From: an uncultured Gemmatimonadales bacterium
GTDB taxonomy: Bacteria; Gemmatimonadota; Gemmatimonadetes; Longimicrobiales; Gaopeijiaceae
Direction of reading: 5' to 3'
Length of the DNA stretch: 64,000 nt
Assembly: GCA_963823035.1 (NCBI GenBank)
Contig: CAWGKG010000008.1
Location: 1 to 64,000 of the forward strand
A program made the translations under genes and the position numbers. Of this stretch, positions 6,533 to 17,360 are shown piece by piece; the first letter of the stretch is position 1; each line of letters starts with the position of its first letter. A model generated the notes under the pieces. It searched no databases. It was not told where the DNA came from and saw only the letters and a list, made by a program, of their open reading frames with translations.

Positions 6533-7867
6533 ATGGCGACCGAACGCATCTCACAGCGGAAGATCGCACTCTTCTGGGCGCCGCTCGCCGCCACCTGGTT
6601 GATGATGGGCGTCGAGGGACCCTACCTCGCCGCGATCATCGCGCGCCTGCCGGACCCGAAGTTCAACCTGGCGGCGCACGGCGTCGCGTACGCCTTTGCG
6701 CTCCTGATCGAGGCGCCGGTCATCATGCTGATGAGCGCGACCACCGCGCTCGTCTCCGACGCGGCCAGCTTCCGCAAGCTCCGCAACTTCATGCGGGCCC
6801 TGGGCCTGGGGACGACGTCGCTGCTCCTCGTGGTCCTCATCCCGCAGGTCCACCGCTGGCTGATGCTCGACGTCGTGGGGCTGCCCCGCGAAGTGGCGGA
6901 TCTCACGTACGGCGCCCTCTGGCTCTTCCTCCCGTGGCCGGGCTCGATCGGCTATCGGCGATTCCTCCAGGGGGTGCTGATCCGCTCGGGACGCACCCGA
7001 CTGGTCGCCTACGGCACGATCGTCCGCGTGGCGGCGATGTCCGCGGCCGCGCTGGTGGGCTTCTTCGTCCTGGACATCCCGGGCGCGTGGGTCGGGGCGC
7101 TCGCGCTCTCGAGCGGCGTGATGGCCGAGGCGGCCGCCGCTCGTTGGATGGCGGGCTCGACCGTCCGCGACCTCTTCCAGGCCGAGGCCCACGCCGCGGA
7201 GTCGCCAGGCGGCCTCTCCTACCGGGAGATCGCGAGCTTCTACTACCCGCTCGCGCTGACGTCCCTGATCGGCCTCACCGTCCAGCCGATGCTCACCTTC
7301 TTCATGGGACGCTCGGCCTCCCCGGTGGAATCGCTCGCGGTCTTCCCCGTCGTCCAGTCGCTCTCCTTCATCTTCCGTTCGGTGGGCCTCGCCTTCCAGG
7401 ACACGGCCATCGCCCTGATGGGTGATCGCCACGAGCACCTGCCGGAGCTCGAGCGCTTCGCCACGGGTCTGGGGCTCACCGCGTCCGCGGGGCTCTTCCT
7501 GGTGGCGTTCACGCCGCTCGCGGACTTCTGGTTCCAGACGCTCTCGGGCCTGAGCCCCGAGCTGGCCGCCTTCGCGCTCACGCCGTCCCGCGTCATCTTC
7601 GCGCTCCCCGCCCTGACCGTCCTGCTCGCCGTTCAGCGCGCGATCCTGGTGACCATGCGCCGCACACGACCCATCACGGTCGCAACGGCCATCGAGGTGG
7701 TGTCGATCGGCGTGTCGTTCGCGGCGCTGGGATGGGGGCTCGAGGTGGTCGGCGTGACGGCGGCCTTCATCGCCTTCGTGGTCGGGCGCCTGGGCGCGAA
7801 CGGGTTCCTGTCGATCCGCTGCCGACAGGTGCTGCGCGGGTCGGTCGCTCCGGCGCCGGCCGCCTAG
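6533..7867 (+). CDS. multi-pass membrane protein, MATE/ANKH-like exporter fold
   Basis: About 12 TM segments with internal duplication (FWAPLAAT / FYYPLALT). Confidence 0.6.
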   Translation: MATERISQRKIALFWAPLAATWLMMGVEGPYLAAIIARLPDPKFNLAAHGVAYAFALLIEAPVIMLMSATTALVSDAASFRKLRNFMRALGLGTTSLLLVVLIPQVHRWLMLDVVGLPREVADLTYGALWLFLPWPGSIGYRRFLQGVLIRSGRTRLVAYGTIVRVAAMSAAALVGFFVLDIPGAWVGALALSSGVMAEAAAARWMAGSTVRDLFQAEAHAAESPGGLSYREIASFYYPLALTSLIGLTVQPMLTFFMGRSASPVESLAVFPVVQSLSFIFRSVGLAFQDTAIALMGDRHEHLPELERFATGLGLTASAGLFLVAFTPLADFWFQTLSGLSPELAAFALTPSRVIFALPALTVLLAVQRAILVTMRRTRPITVATAIEVVSIGVSFAALGWGLEVVGVTAAFIAFVVGRLGANGFLSIRCRQVLRGSVAPAPAA

Positions 7868-8785
7868 GCGTCCGGGCGCGCCAGGCCCTCGAAGTCGGGA
7901 TCGAGCGCGAAGCCCACACAGTCGGGATCGTCGGCGCCGGAGTCGAAGACCTCGTGCATCGCGGCGGCCACCGGGCCTGCCGCCTCGGGAGCGCACAGCG
8001 CGATGAGCCCCGACCCACTTCCGGAGATGGTCACCGCCCACGCCCCGGCGTCGTAGCCCGCCGAGATCGCATTGTAGGCGCCCGGGATGAGCGGAAGGCG
8101 ATGGGGTACGTGCAGCTCGTCCTGCGTCCCGATGCGGATGAGGGCGGGATCGCCGTCCGCCAGGCCGCGGATGAGCGCCGCGAGACGCCCGAGCTGAGCG
8201 GCCGCGACCTCGTGTGCCACCTGGCGGGGTAGCGCCGCCCTCGCGGCGGCGGTGGACACGCCGGCCGCGGGCGCCGCGTAGGCGAAGCCGACATCCTCGG
8301 AGAGCGTCAGGAGAAGGGGGCGCAGACCCTCGGGGCCGGGCACCACGGCACGAAGCCCTCCGAGCGCGCAGGGCGCGGCGTTGTCCCCGTGCGACTCGCG
8401 AGCGCAGGCGAATCGGAAGGCCGACTCCTGGTTCAGCGGCTGGCCGAGCGCGGCGCGCGCCAGGTCGTGCCCCGCGACCCTCGCCGCCGCGGAGGACCCC
8501 AGCCCTCGCGCCACCGGGATCTGCGAGTGGATGTGCAGCCGTCCCCCCGGCACCGATCTCCGCGTTGGCGAGCAGCTCCCTGAACACCACGACGAGGAAG
8601 TCGTCGTCGGGCCCCTCCTGCACCGCCTCGAGCGTACCGGTCCGCTCGACCTCGAGCGGGTGGCCGCCGGGCGTGAACTCCGCCTCGATGTAGCGGTCGA
8701 GCGCCAGGCCGATCGTGTCGAAGCCGGCTCCGAGATTCGAAGTGGAGCAGGGTACCCGCACACGAGCCCGTACGAGCTGGGTCAC
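7864..8785 (-). CDS. thrB: homoserine kinase (apparent frameshift near 8545)
   Basis: VRVPCSTSNLGAGFDTIGLAL in one frame; IPVARGLGSS, HGDN, ISGSG in another; GTGA overlap with the thrC stop. Confidence 0.88.
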
Positions 8786-10081
8786 GACGCGACCTCCGCG
8801 AGGAGAAGCTCCCGCAGCGCGGCGCCGTCCGCGGGAAGGGGAACGACCTGCTCGACTCCGGCGATCCGCCTGGCCAGGGCGTCCGGCAGCTCGGGCGCGA
8901 CGCCCGTGGCTTCCTCCACCACCTCCGGGAACTTGGCCGGATGGGCGGTCGACAACACGACGACCGGTCCACGCCCATCGCCGGCCGACCCGCTGCGAGG
9001 CCGACCAGGCCACGGCGGTGTGGGGATCCATCACGTAGCCGGTCCGCGCGTACACCTCGGCGATGCAGGCGCGGGTGTGGGCGTCGTCCGTCGACACGGC
9101 GCGCACGTCGCGCCGCAGCGCTGCGACGTCGTCCTGGTAGAGCCACCGGATGCGCTCGAGGTTGCTGGGATCCCCCACGTCCATGGCGTTGGAGAGGGTG
9201 GGGGTGGACCCGCGCGCCTCGACGACCCCGCCTTCCAGGTAGTCGGCGAAGACGCGGTTGGTGTTCAATGCCGCCACGAAGCCGGCGGCGGGCATCCCGG
9301 CGCGACGCGCCACCAGGCCGGCGCACAGGTTCCCGAGGTTGCCGGAGGGCACGACGAAGGTGGGTGGCCGCCCATCCCAGCCGAGGAGCGCGGCCGCGTA
9401 CACGTAGTAGAACGCCTGGGGGAGGAGGCGGCCCACGTTGATCGAATTCGCGGAGGTGAGCCCGCACGCGTCCCGCAGGCCCGCATCGCCGAACGCCTGC
9501 TTCGCCATCCGCTGGCAGTCGTCGAAGTTCCCGTCGACCGCCACCGCCGTGACGTTGCCGCCGAGCGTGGTCATCTGCCTGCGCTGTCGCTCGCTGACGC
9601 CGCCGCGCGGAAAGAGCACGAACACGCGGTAGGGGTCCACCCCGTGGAAGGCGGCGGCCACCGCGCCCCCGGTGTCCCCGGAGGTCGCGACCAGCACCGT
9701 GGCGGGGGCCTCGTCCCCACGGGAAAGGGAGGCCATCGCGCGCGCCATGAAGCGGGCGCCGACGTCCTTGAACGCGAGGCTGGGTCCGTGGAAGAGCTCG
9801 AGCACGTGGACGCCCTCCTCGACCTCCACGAGCGGCACGGGGAAGTCGAGCGCGGCGGCCGCCACGTCCGCCGCCATCCCGGGCGGGAAGGCGTCGCCGA
9901 GCATCGCGGACGCGGTCCACGCCGCGGACGCCGCGAAACCCATGTCGGCCGGCGGGCGGCCGCGGCCGAGTGGCTCGATCCACACGGGCACGTACAGGCC
10001 GCCGTCGGGCGCGAGGCCCCGGCGCAGCGCCTCGGCGAACGACACCACGCTCCCGCCGCGTGTGCTCACGAACTCGTTCAT
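8782..10081 (-). CDS. thrC: threonine synthase (apparent frameshift near 8960)
   Basis: GLAPDGGLYVP, LELFHGPSLAFKDVG, ATSGDTG, VPSGNLGN; C-terminal STAHPAKF in the shifted frame. Confidence 0.92.
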
Positions 10082-10155
10082 GCCGCCGAATCTAGCGGGT
10101 GCATCGGCGTCGGCGCGCGGTGCTCGCGCGACAGCCCTGCGACCGGATTTGTCAA

Positions 10156-10184
10156 CGGTACCGAAACGGTCACGAAGTGGTAAC
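10156..10184 (+). promoter_or_regulatory. Pho-box-like 11-bp-periodic direct repeats
   Basis: CGGTACC-N4-CGGTCAC-N4-TGGTAAC upstream of the Na/Pi transporter-PhoU pair. Confidence 0.45.
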
Positions 10185-10227
10185 TTGCGGCGGCTCGAAT
10201 CGGAGACCCCTCCACAGGACCCGGACC

Positions 10228-11346
10228 GTGTCCCAAGGCATCGAGAAGCTTGGGAGGGAGCGAGATCGGAAGGTGCTGCCGGGCGTCGTCAAGGCAGTGT
10301 ACTTCCTCCTGCTGCTCTACCTCTTCTTCTTCTCCATCGACCTGATGAGCGCGGCCTTCAAGATGGCCGGCCGCGGCTTCGCCGAGCAGCTCGTATCCAC
10401 GGCGTCGGACCCGCTCGCGGGGCTCATCATCGGCTTTCTCGCCACCAGCCTGATCCAGAGCTCGTCGACCACCACCACGATCGTGGTCGGCCTGGTCGCG
10501 TCGGGGGCCCTCACCATCGAGGTGGCCATTCCGATCATCATGGGCGCCAACATCGGCACCACGATGACGAACACGATCGTCTCGATGGGGCACGTCACGC
10601 GCTCCCACGAGTTCGAGCGAGCCTTCGCGGCCTCCACGGTCCACGACTTCTTCAACGTCCTGGCCGCCGCCACGCTCCTGCCGCTCGAGGTGGTGTTCCA
10701 CCCGGTGCAGCACACCGCGGAATACCTGGAGCACGCGTTCGAGGGCGTGGGCGGCATGCACCTGGCGAGCCCTCTGAAGCTCGCCGTGGAGCCGTTGGCC
10801 AACCTGGTGACGGGCGTGGTCACGCACGAGATCCCCCTCCTGCTGATCGCGCTCGCCATCCTCTTCCTCGCGCTGTCGCAGATGATGCGGGTCATGCGGG
10901 GCGCGGTGCTCGAGCGACTGGAGGGTCTGTTCAGCCGGGTGCTGTTCCGCAACGACGCGGCGAGCTTCTCGCTCGGCCTGGTGACCACGGCCACCGTGCA
11001 GAGCAGCTCGGCCACCACGTCCCTCGTCGTTCCGCTCGCCGGGACGGGCGTCCTCAGCCTGCGGCAGATCTACCCGTATACGCTCGGAGCCAACGTCGGC
11101 ACGACCGTGACCGCCATTCTCGCGTCGTTCTCCACGGGAAACGCCGCAGCGGTGACGGTCGCCCTGGCGCACCTTTCGTTCAACGTCATGGGAATCGCGA
11201 TCTACTATCCGCTCAAGGCGATTCCCATCTGGCTCGCCAGGCAGGCCGGTGCCATCGCGGGCAAGTCGAAGGGGAACTCGGCGCTGGTGATCGCGGTGTA
11301 CCTCGCGCTGCACATCATTCCCATCGCCTACGTATTGACTCGCTAG
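10228..11346 (+). CDS. Na+/Pi cotransporter family protein
   Basis: Duplicated QSSS and GANIGTT/GANVGTT motifs. Confidence 0.9.
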   Translation: MSQGIEKLGRERDRKVLPGVVKAVYFLLLLYLFFFSIDLMSAAFKMAGRGFAEQLVSTASDPLAGLIIGFLATSLIQSSSTTTTIVVGLVASGALTIEVAIPIIMGANIGTTMTNTIVSMGHVTRSHEFERAFAASTVHDFFNVLAAATLLPLEVVFHPVQHTAEYLEHAFEGVGGMHLASPLKLAVEPLANLVTGVVTHEIPLLLIALAILFLALSQMMRVMRGAVLERLEGLFSRVLFRNDAASFSLGLVTTATVQSSSATTSLVVPLAGTGVLSLRQIYPYTLGANVGTTVTAILASFSTGNAAAVTVALAHLSFNVMGIAIYYPLKAIPIWLARQAGAIAGKSKGNSALVIAVYLALHIIPIAYVLTR

Positions 11347-11374
11347 TCGAAAACGCCGAAGGAGCGAAACCGCC

Positions 11375-12058
11375 ATGTGGAAGGACATACTCACGCTGTT
11401 CAAGGGTGGGGGGCTGTGCGAGGAGGCATTCGACGAAGCGATGCTCATGCTTCAGACGTGCGAGGGGATGTACAGGGACTCGATCCGCGCGCTGCACGAG
11501 AAGGGGACCCTCGTCGACGACCTGTACGAGCGTGACCGCGAGATCAACCGCTACGAGCGCAGCGTGCGCCGCAAGATCGTCACGCACATGTCGGTGTCGT
11601 CGAAACCCGACATCAACATGGGGCTGGTGCTGACGTCGATCGTGATCGACATCGAGCGGATCGGCGACTACACGAAGAACATCCTGGAGCTGGCGGTGGG
11701 CCTCCCCGAGCCCTTCGACGGGCTGGAGCTGGACCAGGATGTGCGGGACATCGAGAAGGCGGTCGGCGAGGTGCTGGTCGACATCGTGCCCACGCTGCGC
11801 AAGACGGACGAGGCCCGCGCCCGCCGCATCATCGAGGAGCACGCCAAGATCTCGGCCATGGTCGAGAAGGACATCCTCCTCCTGCGCGAGTCGAAGGTCC
11901 TCACCGGCCGCTCGGGGCACGCGGTGACGGTCGCACTCCACCTCCGCTTCCTGAAGCGTGTCAGCGCCCACCTCAAGAACGTGGCGACCAGCGTGGTGAA
12001 TCCGTACTACCGGATCGGCTTCCGCGAGAAGGGGAGTTCCCAGGAGGACGACGAGTAG
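11375..12058 (+). CDS. PhoU-domain protein
   Basis: DIERIGDYTKNI and LKRVSAHLKNVA helical repeats. Confidence 0.85.
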   Translation: MWKDILTLFKGGGLCEEAFDEAMLMLQTCEGMYRDSIRALHEKGTLVDDLYERDREINRYERSVRRKIVTHMSVSSKPDINMGLVLTSIVIDIERIGDYTKNILELAVGLPEPFDGLELDQDVRDIEKAVGEVLVDIVPTLRKTDEARARRIIEEHAKISAMVEKDILLLRESKVLTGRSGHAVTVALHLRFLKRVSAHLKNVATSVVNPYYRIGFREKGSSQEDDE

Positions 12059-12065
12059 CGGGGGG

Positions 12066-13962
12066 TCAGATCTCGATCTGGGCCCCGAGCCCCACCACGC
12101 GGTTCGGCGGGATGTTGAAGTAGGCCGAAGCCCGCAGGGCGTTGCGCGTCATGCGCTCGAAGAGCACGGCACGCCAGTGGGCCATGTCCGGATGCTCCGA
12201 GACGATGACCGACACCTCCCCGAGGAAGAAGCTGTCGACCATCTTCCCGTACCGATATCCGGGGATCTGCACCTGCCCGAGGATCTCCGGCACGTCGGGC
12301 GTCTCCGTGAAGCCGAAGCGGGCGACCACGCGGTGCACGCCCATCCCGAGGTCCCGCACGGTCAGGCGCTCGGGCTCCGGCGTCACGGGCACGTCCTGTA
12401 TCTCGATGGTGAGGATCAGCACCCGCTCGTGCAGCACCTTGTTGTGCTTGAGGTTGTGCAGCATCGACGGCGGGTACGCCGTGAGCGTTCGACGTCATGA
12501 AGACGGCGGTGCCGGGCACGCGCGGCGGCGGGTGCGCTCGATGGACTGCAGGAAGTCCTCCACCGACATCGGTCCCACCTCGAACTTCTCCGCGAGGATC
12601 GCGCGACCGCGCTTCCACGTCGTCATGAGCGTGAAGACCGTCCCGGCCACGAGCAGGGGGAACCAGCCACCGTGCGGGATCTTGGGGAGGTTCGCGCCCC
12701 AGAAGGACAGGTCCACGGACAGGAGCGCCACCGCGAGGAGGACCACCCAGTGGAGCTTCCACCGGAAGCGCAGATAGGCCACCACCGAGAAGAGGATGGT
12801 CGTGAAGACCATGTCGGTGGTGACGGCCACGCCGTACGCGGCGGCGAGGTTGCCCGAGGTGCGGAAGCCGAGCACGAGCGCGATGCACGCCAGCATCAGC
12901 GCCCAGTTCACGGCGGGCATGTAGATCTGCCCGATGTGGCGCGCCGAGGTGTGGTCGATGGCGCAGCCTGGGGAGGTAGCCGAGCTGCACCGCCTGGCGC
13001 GTGAGGGAGAAGGCGCCGGAGATCACGGCCTGGGACGCGATCACCGTCGCGGCGGTGGCGAGCGCGACCAGCGGGATCGCGGCCCAATCGGGCGCCATGC
13101 TGAAGAAGGGGTGCTCCACCACGTCGGGTGAGGCGATGATGAGCGCCCCCTGGCCGAAGTAGTTGAGGACGAGGGCAGGGAGCACCAGCACCATGAAGGT
13201 GAAGCGTATCGGGCTCTTCCCGAAGTGCCCCATGTCCGCGTAGAGCGCCTCGCCGCCCGTCACGACGAGGAAGACGGAGCCGAGCACGAGGATGCCGCGT
13301 GAGCCGTTCTCCTGGAAGAAGCGCACGGCGTGCCACGGGTTGACCGAAGCGAGCACGGCGGGGTGTTGCACGATCTGCACGACGCCGAGCAGGGCGATCG
13401 TCCCGAACCAGACCAGCGTGATGGGGCCGAACACCGCGCCCACCCCGCCGGTCCCACGGCGCTGGAAGGCGAAGAGTCCCACCAGGATCGCGACGGTGAG
13501 GGGCAGCACCCAGGGCGTCAGGCTGGGTACCGCTACCTCCAGCCCCTCTACGGCGCTCAGCACGGAGATGGCGGGGGTGATCATGCTGTCCCCGTACAGG
13601 AGGGCGGCGCCGAACAGCCCCACGAGCACCAGTGCGTGCTGCGGGGTGCGCCCCCGCATCGAGCGCTGGCGCGGCATCACCAGGGCGGTCAGCGCGATGA
13701 TCCCGCCCTCCCCCCGGTTGTCCGCGCGCATGACCAGCGCCAGGTACTTCAGGACGATCACGACGACGAGCGACCAGAAGATGAGCGACAGGATGCCGTA
13801 CGTGTTCGCCTGCGTCGCGGCGATGCCGTGCGAGGTGTGGAACGACTCGCGGATCGCGTAGATGGGGCTCGTGCCGATATCGCCGTACACCACGCCGAGC
13901 GCGGAGAGGCTGAGAGCCCAGAACTCGCGGCCTTTCGGAGAACCGTGGGTGGCGTCGCTCAC
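12066..13962 (-). CDS. kup: Kup/HAK/KT potassium transporter (apparent frameshifts near 12960 and 12470-12520)
   Basis: GVVYGDIGTSPIY, ADNRGEGG, GGEALYADMGHFG, HNLKHNKVLHE spread over three ORF pieces. Confidence 0.9.
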
Positions 13963-14072
13963 GCCTCGAAGGCTACCGGTCGCTCCCCGCCCCCACAACC
14001 ATTGACGCCCGCGCCCGCGCGCCCCTAGCCTCCCCCTCCCGTTCCGTGCCCATCCCAGGGGGGATCCCGTCC

Positions 14073-17000
14073 ATGCGTCGCCCACCGCTGCTTCCGACCC
14101 TCGCGCTGCTCACACTGGCCGCCGTCGCGGCACCACCCGTCTCGGCACAGGTCCCGTTCGACACGTTGGCCTTCGCGGGCCTCCACTACCGCATGGTCGG
14201 GCCCTACCGTGGCGGGCGCTCTTCGGCCGTGACGGGCTTCGTCGACGACGCGGACCGGTGGCTGATGGGCTCGACGGGCGGCGGCGTCTGGCTGAGCACG
14301 GACGACGGTGGAAGCTGGCGCAACATCTCCGACGGTTGGTTCGGCGGGTCGATCGGCGCCGTCACCGTGGCCGACGCCGATCCGAACGTGATCTACGTGG
14401 GCATGGGCTCGGCCGACATCCGCGGCAACACCTCGGCGGGTCGTGGCCTGTGGAAGTCGATGGACGGGGGGCGCTCGTGGTCGTTCATCGGCCTCCCCGA
14501 GGCGGGGCAGGTCAGCCGCATCGTCGTGCACCCGAGGAACGCGGACCTGGTCTACGTCGCGGCGCTGGGGCACGCCTTCGGGAAGAACCCGGAGCGCGGG
14601 ATCTTCCGCTCGAAGGATGGCGGCGCGACGTGGGAGCACGTGCTCGCGGTCAACGACTCGACCGGCGCGTCCGCGCTCGCCATGAACCCGAGGAACCCAC
14701 GGGAGCTGTACGCCGGGATGTGGCGCGGGGAGCGGAAGCCGTGGGCGATCCTCTCCGGAGGCCGGGAGGGCGGCGTCTACAAGTCGACCGACGGCGGCGA
14801 CACGTGGACGAAGCTGGGCGGGGGCCTGCCCGAGGGTGTGGTGGGCAAGGTCGGCGTGACCGTCTCCCCGGCTGATCCCGACCGGGTCTGGGCGATCCTC
14901 GAGGCGGAGCCGGAGGGCGGCGTCTACCGCTCCGACGACCGCGGCGCCACCTGGACGCGCACGAACAGCGAGAACAAGCTGCGCCAGCGCGCCTGGTACT
15001 ACACGCACGTGCAGGCCGACCCGCAGGACCCGAACACCGTCTACGCGCTCAACACGAGCGTGTACCGCTCCGTGGACGGCGGGAAGACGTTCGACCCGAT
15101 CGAGGTGCCGCACGGCGACACGCACGACCTGTGGATCCACCCGGCCGACCCGGACCGCATGATCATCGCGGACGACGGGGGCGCGCAGGTCACCGTCAAC
15201 GGCGGCGCGACGTGGTCGAGCTACTACAACCAGCCGACGGCCGAGCTCTACGACGTGGTGGTCGACAACGCCTTCCCGTACCGGCTGTACGGGGCACAGC
15301 AGGACAACACGACCGTCTCGGTCCCGGCGTGGATGTCGAGCAACACCCTCTACCCGAAGCAGCACTGGATGAACGTGGGTGGCTGCGAGACCGGGCCGGT
15401 CGCGCTGCACCCGGACCATCCGGAGGTCACGTACGCGGGTTGCTACGGCGGCGTCATCGACCGCTACGACCATGAGAAGGACCAGGTCCGCAACATGAAC
15501 CTCTACCCGCAGCTCCAACTCGGGTCGGAGGCCAAGGACCTGAAGCACCGCTTCCAGTGGGTGTCCCCGATCCTGGTGTCGATGCACGACCCCCACACGG
15601 TCTACCACGGGTCGCAGCACGTGAACCGATCGCGGGACGAGGGCGTGACGTGGGAGACGATCAGCCCGGACCTGACCACGAACGACCCGCGTGTACCAGG
15701 GCAAGTCGGGTGGGCCGATCAACGCGGACGTCACGGGCGTCGAGATCTTCGAGGTGGTGTTCTCGCTCGCCGAGTCACCGACCGATCCGCGCGAGATCTG
15801 GGCGGGCACGGACGACGGCCGCGTCCACCTGACGCGCGACGACGGTGCCACCTGGCAGGAGATCACGCCGCCGGGGATGCCGAAGCTCGGCACGGTCGAC
15901 GAGATCGAGCTGTCGCCGCACGCTCCGGGGCGCGCGTACCTGGCGGTCCACGCGTACCGCCTCGACGACTTCCGTCCGTACGTCTTCCGCACGGACGACT
16001 GGGGCCGCTCGTGGCGGCTGCTCACGGACGGCACGAACGGCATCCCTGCGGACTACCCGGTGCGCACGGTGCGCGAGGACCCGGAGCGCGAGGGGCTGCT
16101 CTACGCCGGCACGGAATACGGGATCTTCGCGTCCTTCGACGGCGGCGCGCACTGGCAGTCGATCCAGCGCGACCTGCCCGTCAGCCCGGTCACCGGGATC
16201 AAGGTCGCGCACGACGACCTGATCCTCTCGACGCAGGGCCGCTCCTTCTGGATCCTCGACGACGTCACCCCGCTGCGGGCGCTGAGCGCGCAGGTGGTGT
16301 CGGCGGACGCTCGCCTGCTCGCGCCGCGCGACGCGATCCGGGTCAACGCGGGGGGGATCGACGGAGGGCTGAGCGAGTTGGGACCGGAAGCCCCGCCGCA
16401 GGGTGCCACGCTGCACTACTGGCTGAAGAGCGAGCCCGAGGGTGAGGTGCGCGTCGAGGTCGTGGATGGGTCCGGCCGCGTCGCGCATCTCTTCTCGAGC
16501 GACTCGGCCGCCGCCGCGGACGGACACGGCTCGCGCATCGACAAGAAGCCGGGGATGCATCGCATCGTCTGGGACCTGCTCTACCCCGGCCCGGAGCTTC
16601 CGCCCGACGCCGTGGTGTGGGGCTACACGGGCGGCGTGAAGGCGCCTCCGGGGACGTACACGGTGCGCATGAGCGTGGGCGGGGGCGCGCCGCAGGCGCA
16701 GTCGTTCCGCGTGCTCGGCGACCCCCGCCTGACCGAGGTCACGCAGGCCGACTACGAGGAGCAGTTCCAGGTCGGCCTCGAGGTGCGCGATTCGATCAGC
16801 GCGGTCACGCACGCGATCGAGAACCTGCGTGCGATTCGCGAGCAGGTGGAGCAGGTGGTGGACCGCGCGGAGGCCGCGGGGCAGGCCGCCACGCTCGAGC
16901 CCCTGGCCGACACGCTGCAGACGAAGGCCACCGAGGTCCACGAGGAGATGCAGCAGACGAAGAACCAGTCGGGGCAGGATCCGATCCGCTTCCCGCCGAA

Positions 17001-17250
17001 GCTCGACAACCAGTTCATCGAGCTCTACAACTACGTGACCGGCGTGGACGGCTACATCGCGGGCGGACCGGAGGGGAGGCCCAACCCGGGTGCGTACGAG
17101 CGGCTGGGAGACCTGAACCGGAGCTGGGGGGCGGTGCGCGGACGGTACCTCGGCATCCTGCAGGACGAGTTGGCCCGCTTCAACGAGGCGGTGGAGCGGC
17201 TCGGATTGCCGGCGATCGTGCTGCCTCAGCGTGGAAGAATCATCTCCTGA
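14073..17250 (+). CDS. secreted VPS10/BNR-repeat glycosyl-hydrolase-like protein (apparent frameshift near 15690)
   Basis: Signal peptide, GPYRGGRS, many SxDGGxTW Asp-box repeats. Confidence 0.85.
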
Positions 17251-17257
17251 GTGTCCC

Positions 17258-17326
17258 CTCTGCGTACCTCTGCGGCCTCCGTGGTGAAAAGCAGTTCAAC
17301 CACGGAGGCCGCAGAGGTACGCAGAG
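17258..17326. repeat. 28-bp perfect inverted repeat (REP-like) between convergent genes
   Basis: CTCTGCGTACCTCTGCGGCCTCCGTGGT (17258-17285) and its exact reverse complement (17299-17326). Confidence 0.85.
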
Positions 17327-17360
17327 CTTCTAGGAGGACGGGTGCCGCGTGGCCCGCCCG

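Noticed and set aside
6551..10081. 1176-aa ThrC-ThrB fusion ORF
   Set aside because: Produced by frameshifts; the normal thrC stop / thrB start GTGA overlap is visible at 8782-8785.
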